A stretch of 48,441 nt of DNA from contig NW_021834397.1 of assembly GCF_006345805.1 (NCBI RefSeq), forward strand, positions 1 through 48,441. The letters run 5' to 3'. The translations under genes and the position numbers were made by a program. The notes beneath the pieces were generated by a model that saw only the letters and a program-made list of their open reading frames with translations, did not search any database and was not told where the DNA came from. Positions 37,791-48,441 of the stretch are shown here, piece after piece. Source of the DNA: Octopus sinensis (taxonomy: Eukaryota). Numbering within the stretch: position 1 is the stretch's first letter; each line of letters starts with the position of its first letter.

Positions 37791-37894
37791 TTGGTTTCGT
37801 AAATAAACGTCTTAATTAAATTTATATTGATATTAATTTTTTGACAAAACCTCAGTTTTTGGAACACTTAGTGTTCCAATTCAAGGTCGGACTG

Positions 37895-38260
37895 TATTAC
37901 ACCCTAATCTCGGGTGAGTGAGATTGGTGGGGCAGTCCAACACTTGCTCACAGTACTGCAAACTTCTTCCCTCTCCTTCTCAATCATTCTATATTATCAG
38001 ACATCTCGTCAATCGATTTCAGCAGTCGGTGCGACGTAGGTGGCATCCAATCCGTGTTTTGTAGGTAATTGAAACCAGGCATTTCTCCTCTTGCTCAATT
38101 CTCTACAATTCCTTTGTTAATCATCTTGACTGCTTCCGAAACAGAAACCACTGCGACACCGCTTGCCTAAAATTTTTTCTTATATGCTATCCGTGGATTA
38201 GCACTGCATGGATGGACGTAAATAATACACAATCTCTCTCTGCTTTAATAAATGTGGCAT
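37895..38260 (-). pseudogene. 14-3-3-like pseudogene copy B, 5' part
   Basis: Near-identical to 7941-8305. Confidence 0.7.
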
Positions 38261-38766
38261 TCCAGTAAAAATATATGATTTAAACGACAGTAATGAAAAA
38301 AATAGTGTTCTATCTTTTTGTGAATAGGGACGGAGTAGGTTTAAAAGTATTACAAAGTGTTCAATCTCCTATATCGAAAGATTATTTATTCAAGGCCCGA
38401 CAAGAACATACATTCTGGCATTTGTAATGAAAAAGACACTAGAAAGCATCGTTCTGGAGCATAGGAATGGGAATTAATATGCCTAATAAAGAAGTCATTA
38501 CGGCAGTTGTTTGCAATGACAAACTAATAATGCGAAAACCCCAGATGAAACAAATTGACAAGTTATAAATGACTCTGAGCATGAAAGTAAATGTGGAAAT
38601 AATGAGTTATGGAGTCCCCTCAAGATGAGAAAAATTTCCAAAAACTAGGATCAATAATTACTTAATTTCTTATTATTTTCGGTTTTGGATTTAGTTAATA
38701 AAGTTTTTAATTTATTTGTTGTCTAACCAATGAGTTATTCGCAATAAAATATTAGCCTTAATTAGA

Positions 38767-39570
38767 ATGCTTTCACTTGTCCTACTTTTGGTTGACTTAG
38801 TGGTCCAAAGAGACTGTGATTTAACACAACAGTTTTTGAAAAATTTCTTATTTGAATCAGAGTTTTGCAAAACTGTGAATTCAATGGAGCAAATGCTGCA
38901 GAACATAACACAATAATTGCAATTTCTAGCAACGTTCTATTTCCAAATGGAGAAATATTCTCGAATTTAACGTACTTGGAGCAATTGTAATCAACATTTT
39001 ATTAACACTAGTCACTGTCGTGGAGACTCGCTAAAGAGAATACTAAACAACTCATTTGACGGGTTGATTCACCTACGCCATATGTACATTCAAATATTTT
39101 GAATCATTAGAGAACTGCAATCCTGTAGTGACCTTCGTTACGTGAACGTAGATGCCTTTGCAAGTCTAGTCGGATCATTAAGCCTGTACAAATCTTATTC
39201 TAACATTAAAGTGACATGCCATTAAATACCATTTTCCTGAGGCCAAAAATCAGTCTTCCCCTCTACATGAGGTATTTTAACTTACTGACTTTGTAGTATT
39301 ATTGACGGCCAGAAAATGTGCATATTCACAAATGGGTCCCAACCCATAATGTATACTTATATATTCAAATATAAGGATTACAACAGTGACAAATCAGCTA
39401 GATATCAAATTAACTGATAAAAGTGTAGAAATGGATCCATTTGCAACAACAGACGCAACACTAATAATCACTGAGGAAGCCTATGGTGTGTTAGTTTACT
39501 CACAATAGATTGCAACCTCTGCCGATATCCCGCATCAAGCAATCTTCTATGCTGGAAGGATTGCTTTTGA
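38767..39570 (+). CDS. Secreted leucine-rich-repeat protein, copy B (intact, 207 aa after removing 7 introns)
   Basis: Same intron positions as copy A. The 624 spliced nt read open: MLSLVLLLVDLVV...IFSNLTYLEQFHCRGDSLKRILNNSFDGLIHLRHIELQSCSDLRYVNVDAFASL...CNLCRYPASSNLLCWKDCF*. Confidence 0.88.
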
Positions 39571-40382
39571 CCTACATTTCGGATGTTACTAATTGACTAA
39601 CCTAATTATTTGCTTTAATATTTCCTTGTTCCTCTTTTGCGACACCACTTGCCAAAAATTCTTTTTTAGATGCTATTAATGGATTAGCACAGCTTAGATA
39701 GATGTGAAATAAAACACAATCTTCCCCTGCTTAATAAGTCTGGCATTCCTGTAAAAATGTAATTTACACAACAATCATGCAAACAATTTAGTGTTCATAT
39801 CCCTCATGAATAAACTAGTCGATAATGACGTGACAGAAGAAGAATTTGTCAACTTGGACTTTTAACTACCCACTGAAAATCTCAATGAATAGGAATCATT
39901 CCCCGTTGGCCAATACAAACAGTCTCAGCTTCTGAAGATAATGACGATGACTCAGATAAGCAAACAGGCCAGAAAATATAGAGAAATTACTACGCACAAA
40001 TGTTCAAAAAATGCTAAATCTACCACTTTGTTTGCATTCAAGACCCTGCATTACTCGATCCCGTCGACAGACTGATCTATCCAAAAATAAAACGATTGCT
40101 AAATCGAGGCTAAAAACGAGCCAATCCTTATTGACAAATTTTTATTAATATCACTTTGTCGTTATAAGTAAATTTGATGTGCAATATACCGGTCTCCTCT
40201 CTATAGGAATCGGTTTAGAGTGATTTGATTGTATATAATAAAATTATTTGTCACCCTTCGTCCCCTTTGTCGTATATTTATTTTGAAGGAATAATAATTA
40301 AGTAATAATGAAATGACATAAAAATAAAGGAATTGTTGTTTGGTTGTGTGGTATGCCCAATAAGTGATCTCTGTTTAGTAGG

Positions 40383-40639
40383 ATGGCGGAGTCGGGAAAC
40401 AAGTCAGAAATGGACATAAACGAGGAAACTCGAAAGGCAATGGAGGAGTCGAACGAGATCCAGAATCTGTTGGAACAACTGCAGAGCAAATTCGAGAGCA
40501 TGTCCGAGGATATAATGGCCAAAAGTATTGTCGTGGCTGACTCGCAGTCGACCAAATGGGCGGACGGATTGACGAAATGGAGAATTCCATCAACGAAATG
40601 ATCGAGCAGACTCAGTCCGAGATTGATGCCTCCAACTAA
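40383..40639 (+). CDS. HSBP1: Heat shock factor binding protein 1
   Basis: IQNLLEQLQSKFESMSEDIMAKI, then the 23-nt intron gtattgtcgtggctgactcgcag, then DQMGGRIDEMENSINEMIEQ. Confidence 0.9.
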
Positions 40640-40789
40640 TTTTCTTTTTTTGATAATAAATTTGGTTGTTAGTTAATTTTGGTTGTGTGTGATTGTCCTG
40701 TGCGACAATAAGTACTTCTCTGGAAGGGATTAGACTGCCTTTGTGATTATAATTTGAATTCCCTGGAAGAGTACGCCTTCTATGAGTTA

Positions 40790-41460
40790 CTCCACAAACA
40801 CATAAAAGACAATTCAACCTAAACCCAGTCCTCAATGTGGCCGGCGAAATAATTCCTGTCATAAAAAACCCGAAAATCCTTGGAGTCGTATTCGATCAAT
40901 GCCTATCTTTCACGCAACACGTGGAGCTCATTTTCACCAAAGCCAAACGAAAACTGAATGCACTACGTGCCTTATCTGGGCAAACTTAAGGCCAAGCCAA
41001 AGAATGCCTCACTTTGGTTTACAAACAATTTGTCAGAACATCTATGAACTATGCTAGTCCAGCATGGTCATGGAACTTGTCTCATTCAAACCTCCAAAAA
41101 CTCTAAAGAATCCAAAACTCAGGGCTACGCACAATAACTGGCTGCCTTGCATCCACTCCCATCGATCATCTTCATTGGGAGTCCTGTATTCTTCCGGTCG
41201 ATGACCATTTGACGATGAGAGGACTCCAATTCCTACAGGAAATACAAGACTCTTCTGATCCAAGTCACAAAATCTCTATTCCAGAAAACAAAAGACACAT
41301 CATTTTTACTCTGGCCGATCAATGTAGATGTCTATCAAAAATACTCTCAACCAACAATGGGAAAACTGCGAATAAACTAATCCATGACTACATCTCCACT
41401 CGTGCTATCAGGATGCTCAAAAACAACAAACTTCTTAACAGCCATCCATTGGCACACTCA
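40790..41460 (+). mobile_element. APE-type LINE 3' fragment
   Basis: KILGVVFDQCLSF, LVYKQFVRTSMNYASPAWS and ITGCL..TPIDHLH. Confidence 0.8.
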
Positions 41461-41641
41461 CAATTTACTTGTTTGCGGGGTTCCATTATTCTTGATGTGG
41501 TAGACACAGCCTTCCACTGGTTGAGAAAGAAGTGGTATTCAAAATTGGTCCCAAATAGTAAAACGGTTATTGATACAAAAACGAATAGAAATATTATAGG
41601 AATAAAAATGTGAACATTAAGAACTGCGGTAAAGTGATATA

Positions 41642-44600
41642 ATGGAGACAGTCAACCACATTTCGACCTGCCTGAAACAACTATTGACAACCAGTTCCCA
41701 GTTGTACGAGAGGGGGTGTTACTCGGCGGATAGAATACGACACAGCCTGACACACCATTTGACAGCACTGCAGGAGGTGATGTCATCAAGAGAGGAAGGG
41801 AAGGTGACACAACTGCTGAGGCGGATGGACTACCTGCGTCCCAAGAACACATCATTCTGCCTCCTTGTTGACTACAAAGTGAAGTCGTGCCTTATTGGTA
41901 GAGTCAACTCAAGGAGGGAGATCGAGTGCAGTTTATGGAGATGGATGGACTCGACGACTACTTGGTTGCCTCCCTAATGTCATTGCAGGTGGAGACTGCG
42001 AAGGGGGACAGAATCTCCATTCCGTGGCTGTTTGTCCAAGACGAGAGTCTAAGCGAGTGAGTGCTTAAGGCAACATGCTTAATCGATCGAGACTGATTTG
42101 TTTATAATTATTCGCAGAATCAAACGAGAACTGATGGAGTTTTACGAAAAGATAACCTTCAGGAAGAACAGCAATGAGGGCACTCATAACATGACCACTG
42201 GATATGTCCAAATCACCTCCACCAACACACAGTACGCCTCCAAGTCATACATCTGGACAAAGTGAGGGTCCTCCTTATTCCAGTCCACATTCAGTCCTGT
42301 CCATTTCCGAGAGGCCCGAAAGGATGTTCCGAGAGAGATTGGTCGTGGAGGTGAGACTGGATGCACTCCCTGCCCCAATCGACCTCACGTGTGCTATAGA
42401 CAGAGGACATTTGGCCATTCTTGGACAAGACCTGTTTGCGGTCAAACAACCAAATGACTCGTATTCCCTCACCACCACCACCGAATTGGTTTCCCAGAGG
42501 AGACTCCGCTTGGTCGTCCTCCCACCAAACACACAACCCCCACAACCAAACTTTGGTCTTGTCTTCTCAACCCTTTCGGAGAATTGTTCCCAAATGTCCT
42601 GGGAGACACTGAATCCCCAAATCACTCCACTGGAAGGACACAGTCCCCCGCCCTTGGAGGACTGCGATGACTATCAAGTGAGAGGGGACTTGTTTGTATT
42701 TGTGGACCATCGACAACACGGACGGGTTTGCTCAGTGCAGGAAGCTTTCGGGGAAGAAAGACTGTCATTGGAGCACGTCCACTCTCTTGTGAAGACATTC
42801 TTCGACAACAGCCTGTCGCCCCCCGTCTACCACGCACATTGGAAGTGCCTCTGCTCACTCCCACTGCCTGCCTGTCAGAATGACTTTGTGCTGAGGGATG
42901 TGTGTTCCCCCCACCTCCTCATCACACAATGCCTCACTCTCGCATTGACCAGACCATTGTGGGACTATCCTCTGTCCAGGTCAATCACGCTGAAGGAAGC
43001 ACTCCTCACGTTTCTGATAAACATGACCTGGTTTTCCTTCCGCTGTGGGATAAAGGAAACATTCGAGTCATTCTATAAAGTATACACCTGTCCCCGTGGG
43101 TGGTGGAACAAACGAACTCTCCGATTGTTCTTTGATTTGGTTACTCCCACGTTCTTCCCACCCTCCCCCCTCTGTCCCCACACAACATACTGTCTGAGGA
43201 ATCAACAAATGGGCACGTTGACTGCATTCGCCCAGGGACTCACCAACAAGTCTCCTCAACAAGTCATTCATGAACTCAGTCTGTCCCTCCCAACAAGACC
43301 TGCCTTTGCTAAGGGCAGTGTCGGGGAAATTACTAAATTTAATATATTCGGGCAGGACTTTGTACTCTCAGAGTCCCTCATTTCGCGGAATGTGGTCTCC
43401 TTTATGGTGAGACAGGAATGTGAATTGTTGTATGACTTCAATTCGGGGGTGGCATACTTTCTGGGCAGCCAACTGATCGTGCAGTATTTGACTGAGTTGT
43501 TAGTCAAGTTGGCCGACGAGTGGGGCATCCAATCATGGGACTGCAAAGTAATCATTTGAGTGATTGGACAAAGAGGGAGACCGAGTCACTCATTCGAGAC
43601 ATGGACATGTACCGGCGGGCAGTCATTACATATAGTCCTCACCCCCCTCCTTCCAATTTAATTCACACTCTCCAAAAGGTCGGCCAACTCATTCAAATTA
43701 GACATTGGACTACTTCCACGCTGGGAAGGAAGCCTTGGACTACACAGACTGGTCGTGCGAGGTGTTCAGAGGACTGGTTGAGGATTGTGAGGCACTCCTG
43801 TCGTCCATCGAGAAAGAGGCGGGCAACGTGTCTTCAGTCAAGGATTTGGAGAATAAAATGAAAAATGGAAAGCGAGAGTTCATTTTGAAAGTGGAGCAAG
43901 TTCAAAATAAATATCGGGTAAAGTATATATTATTAATTTAAAATTGTCTCTTTGGCAATAACCCATCCTTAGGACACAATCACGTCCAGTTGGCCCAACA
44001 ACAAAATCGCGGAAAACTGCATGAGTCACATTTATCTTCCCTCAACGACCAGTTCAGCCAAGTCGATTCTCCACCGCTTCGAAGAATTGGCGGATTGTTT
44101 AGAACAAATTACCCGCCGGGCAGACACACTATGTCGAGAAAAGGAAGGCGAGTTGGAACGGATAAAAAACAAGTTCATTCTCTTCCGGACTGATCTGTCT
44201 GCTCTGTCTTCGAGGATTGACAGCCAATCAGACGACGTGGTCACAGAAATCGCAGAAATAGGCAAACAAGTGAGGGAGGAGTGGCAAGTGGCAGAAAGAC
44301 TAAAAAATGAGATCGAGGACATGATTAAAGTAGTTTAAGAACTGCTGATTGTGACAGTCCGATCCTTCTCTCGGAGATTTGCTGAATAATGCGCTCGCCG
44401 TGTTGGCCAATGCAGTCGCCTTGAAGGGCGTGGTGGCAGACTTGTCGAGTCTGGCAGGAAAGCACTCAACCAAGTATTGACTGTGTTGGTGACTGTCCCA
44501 GACTGGAGCCACTCGAAAGAATTATCAAGGAAACTGCCGACTTGTTTCAGACTGGTTTAAACGAATCATTGGAAGAACAACTGAGACGACTGTCCTCTGC

Positions 44601-47600
44601 GCGGGACCGTGTGGATAAAGTGAGGATTGGGTGACCATTCAGGCTGTGGTGGATCTGTCGGACTGCATTGGATGTGGGGAGTTATTGGAGCGTTGGAAAG
44701 TCGTGCGAGAAAATGTGTTAGTGCGAGTAGTCAATAAAGTATGAAACAAGTACGACAAATAGGTCCAATCGGGCATGAGCAATCTGCTGGCGTGGATGGA
44801 CAAGACCGACTCCCAACTAGAACAGAACGAGGGGACTATGATGACTGTATATTCCACTCTGACCACGACAGACTATCGAGGCTGCAATGTCGGACAAAAT
44901 GAGGGAGGTGACACAACTCTTGAGAATATTCACAACCCTCGCATCCTTTCGAGTCACCGAGAACGGGGGATTACTTTTATTGAGAAATAAATTGGCCACC
45001 CGAAGCCTCGCTGTCCTCCAGTCCATGACTAAAAAGTATTAACATTGCACTAAATGTAGGTTTGGTGACTTTAGGGAGGCAGTGAATATTATCAATCGAA
45101 TTAATCCAGTCCTTCAGGAGTTGAGGGACACTGAGGGAGATGACATTCTACAAGTATTCCCCAATTTGAACTGCCCAGTCTCACTACATTCTGAGAAACA
45201 TTTCCCTCAGTCAGTTATATATCGCCCGAATTGGCAAACTGAGCACACACAGTGAATGCGCTCATGTTCTTCAACGACAACTCGACCACATCAGGCAGGC
45301 CAAAGACACAAGTCAATTCGACTGTTGTGGAGATGTACACGTTACTATTCAGAAAATACACGATTTGTGCAAAGAGGCAGTCGAGAGTGACATTCCAATC
45401 GACCCCGACCTGTTGAGACATGAACAGAATATAAACAATGTAAGTCCACGCCCACACTGTCACAGAACTTGCTGGCAGTCCTCACACAACTCACTCATTC
45501 AGACATTCTTAATTTGACTGACAAAGCACAACACAGGGCACGAATACTCGCCCACGTGTATAAAGAGACCGCCCACGTGTGGGACATTATTTCCGCATTT
45601 TTTGAATTTGTCAAGTCCAGTATTTGCACCTTCAATGAGCACATGACACAATCCGTGGAGAGTGTCCCCCAACAGGCAGTCCCCTCTAACATATGCACAG
45701 ATTATATTTTCCCAATTCGAGTCCCAAAGAAGGGGGATGGAGCAAGTGATGAGAGTTCTCAACTCGGTGGAGGAGTATTTGGGAGAGTCGGCATTGAGGA
45801 TTGTTCGGAGAGTGGAAATGAGGTATCAAGTAGCCCTCCAGGAATTCGAACGGAGTCACGCGACTTTGTCTCGACACTGTCAAGTGATTGAGTCGAGGAC
45901 TGAGGCAATGAGGGAAATGGAATCAGTTTTCATCATTCCCCTCATTTCTGCAGACTTTGGAAAGGAAAATGAGAGAATTGAAGTGTGCCTTGGCAAATGA
46001 GCAGTCCAAAGTGGACTACCAGGACTTGCTTGATGACTCGATCGCCATATCAGCCATGTTACTAAACTATGAACGACTACTGGACTCGGTGAGTCCTTTC
46101 CAATGCGACTCGCGGTTTGAAGAAATGGTCTTTTCGTGGGCGGACATTTGTCAAGAATTGAGCAAACTGAGAGTGATGAGTATTCCCGATTGTGTAGAGC
46201 AATGTGGAATACACTCGAGTACTCCTCAGTCGGGAATGTGTGTGGCAGTCTGACACTGATTTGGAACGTCTGTACAATGTGTATTACTCTCTCCAAGTTG
46301 AATATTATTCTGACCAGTAGGCCGAGTTGGAAGAACTGGCCCAACACAGAGCATTGCAAAGCACAGTAAGGGAGATTGATGCACGGTCCTCTCAGCTCTC
46401 AGTGTACTCCAACAGGGTGGAGTCCAATATTATGAGAGTATATTCTCCCATCAATGTCCTCAGATCAACCACGTGTTGTCCTATAGGAGACACTTGGAAT
46501 GGGTGGAGAACAGTCTTTGTGCGTGCATACACATTCAACCACTTTCGACGGATGAGGACACACTGAGGACTCAGATTGAAGGATTCGAGGTATGAGCAGG
46601 CCTAATGGTAGAGGGAATGTGAGAAATTGAACGAGGACGATTACCGGAGATGTGTGGCGGTAGCAAAAGAGGTGGTAAAGGATGGAGGGGATGGTGGTTT
46701 GGTGGATGAAATAGAGAGGGGATGGGGGAGGGCGATGGAATATTGTGAATACATTCGAGTAGTGAGTGTGGGTGAAGAATAGAATCGAGTGGAGTGGCAC
46801 AAGAGTGGAGTGAGGAGGATGGAGGAGAGATATTCCGAGGAGAGTGTTTGGAGGAGACGTGGTTGTGTGAAGTGGAGGAGTATCTGTTGTCGAACGGGAA
46901 TGTGTTTGGGGACATGAAGACAGTGGGAATGTTGTTAGAACAGCACAAAGTATGGGTGTGTGAGTAAAAGGGAGGAGATGGGACGGGAGTTGGCAAGTAG
47001 AGTGGGGAGTGAGTGGGGGCGAGTGGGTGAACTGATGGCCGAGAGGGGGAGGAACCTTGGGCGAGCAGTGGAATTGGTGTGAGTGGTGTGTAATGTGGAG
47101 GCAGAGGACATGGAGAAGGGAGTGGAATACGCCCGAAAGGTGATCAAAGTGGCAGAACAAGTGCTGAGAGTGCGTCCGTCCTGCGAGGACAAGAACCAAC
47201 TGCTGTCGGCCATTGACAAGCACGAAGTAAGAGGGGACAGTTCATTGCAGACTTTCCTGGAGTGTTTGGCGGAAGATGAGAAGAGAATAGACCGACTGAA
47301 GGAGACCATCGACACAATAATGAGTCGAGTCCACCCAAACGCAGTCCGCTTCGTCCGCTACGACTACACCATCAGTTGTGCCAGTTGGGAACAGGTCGTC
47401 CAACCACCACATTCCCAGATTGTCAAGAAGGCACAACTGAGAACTGAGCACTTGAATGGTCTCTTTCTCCGGGCCAAACAGGACGCCCTCCACGCTGACC
47501 AAACATTGCAGTGGTTGACCGACGCCAGACATTTCCTGGCTGACAAGATGAGATATCCGTTGCCCGAGGACATTACCATGCTCACTCAACTCATGCAAGA

Positions 47601-48441
47601 CCACCAAGTCCAGTCATTCTCTATTTCAGGAATTCGAGCACAGTCTGAGGGACAAATACGACCAACTATCCACTCCACAATTATCCCACCTGTGGAAGGC
47701 CCTCAACACCACCTCCGCCCAATACTCACAAACTCTCCAACACTCCATCGACCAGTACGGCAGAGTATTCTATTCCCTCACACCAGTTCGAACATGTCGA
47801 CTTTGCCCGCTGGCGAACCAACTACTTGTCCTGGATTAAGGCCAACAAACTCAGAATAACCGACTTTTTCCGCAAAAACCAACAGGAAGGCCGCATCACC
47901 AGGGAACGTTTTGTCACCGGACTCGTCAAGGCAGGTCACACCACTCCATCACTCACCAGGCCTCGACAGTCCACGTCCTCAACTCAATGCCGTCTTCTCC
48001 CTCTTCGCTGGGCCACACTCGGACGACATGGACTACACTCTCCTAATCGACGCACTCACTCAGAAGGTCCCCACTCAGACAAACACCCCTCCCTCCCTAG
48101 AACGGGCTATCCAACACGAGTTGACCAACTGCACGTGTCACAGACCACTCAGAGTTAATTATATTTCCGATGGACGATATCAAGTATTCTTCCCCACGAC
48201 CTGCTAGATTGGGTCGTCCATCAGGTATGTCCACATCACACACACTGGAGTCTTTGTCCGAGTCGGCGGGGGGTGGCAATCCCTCTCTCAATTCATCCGG
48301 GCGGTCGACCCCTGTCGTGCCACTCACACCACACGGCCTACGAGTAGTCCTCACTCCAGTTCTCCAAATGGCCTACCCACACTACTCCGCTATAAGGACA
48401 CGACCAGTGATGGACATTCCTTTCCTCAGTACTCTTCCCTG
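41642..48441 (+). CDS. Spectraplakin (MACF1/dystonin/short stop-like) with many short introns; runs to the window end, and the 5' extent is uncertain
   Basis: Spectrin-repeat-like helices (LLAWMDKTDSQL, TLQWLTDARHFL), EF-hand region DFARWRTNYLSWIKANKLRITDFFRK..EGRITRERFVTGL, and GAR/GAS2 domain CTCHRPLRVNYISDGRYQ|IG...VFVRVGGGWQSLSQFIRAVDPCR. Confidence 0.8.

Larger units (their letters stand above)
28715..37894. mobile_element. pogo/Tigger-type DNA transposon shell (23-bp TIRs, TA duplication) containing five nested elements
   Basis: Left end TA|cagtccgacctcgatttggaaca, right end tgttccaattcaaggtcggactg|TA (21/23 match). The empty site gtagTAttacaccc has its TA at 7941-7942. An acidic Tigger-like C-terminal remnant lies at 30441-30690. 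Confidence 0.9.

Noticed and set aside
7625-39765. Duplicated cassette as an uncollapsed haplotype or assembly artefact
   Set aside because: The copies have different outer flanks, a clean TIR/TA insertion difference and codon-patterned substitutions that sequencing error would not produce. Spanning reads would settle it.
39810-40220. Acidic Tigger-like C-terminal remnant and a possible terminus
   Set aside because: No catalytic motif or matching TIR partner was found.
3003-48441. In-frame stops and frame changes suggesting an alternative genetic code or programmed frameshifting
   Set aside because: Stops mostly fall inside short GT-AG introns. Remaining shifts are 1-2 nt indels, often at homopolymers, as expected from unpolished long reads. 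Genes end in ordinary TAA, TAG and TGA.

Overview
Eukaryotic, apparently metazoan, genomic DNA. Compact host-gene islands with ultra-short (mostly 22-29 nt) spliceosomal introns alternate with AT-rich, transposon-dense spacers. The tiny introns plus a ciliary gene (CFAP20) and a spectraplakin fit a dicyemid-like mesozoan; this is inference. Scattered 1-2 nt indels in conserved genes suggest an unpolished long-read assembly. Host genes: importin beta-1, NDUFA13, DAZAP1/Hrb27C-like, CFAP20, HSBP1, a MACF1/dystonin-like spectraplakin, a truncated EPT1/SELENOI, a UBA-domain gene, tRNA-Leu and an intronless tRNA-Tyr. The main finding is a ~2.1 kb cassette (divergent 14-3-3-like pseudogene head-to-head with a secreted LRR gene) that occurs twice. 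By hand count the two LRR genes differ at 38 amino acids but only 4 synonymous codons, many of them at exposed LRR beta-strand positions, while introns and flanks are ~97% identical. Copy 2 carries a 9.2 kb nested transposon pile in a TA site that is empty in copy 1. Gene islands show a kb-scale G-rich to C-rich skew reversal within same-strand genes. One RTE retroelement has a twin-priming-type inversion. All counts are manual, and transposon fragment ends are approximate.
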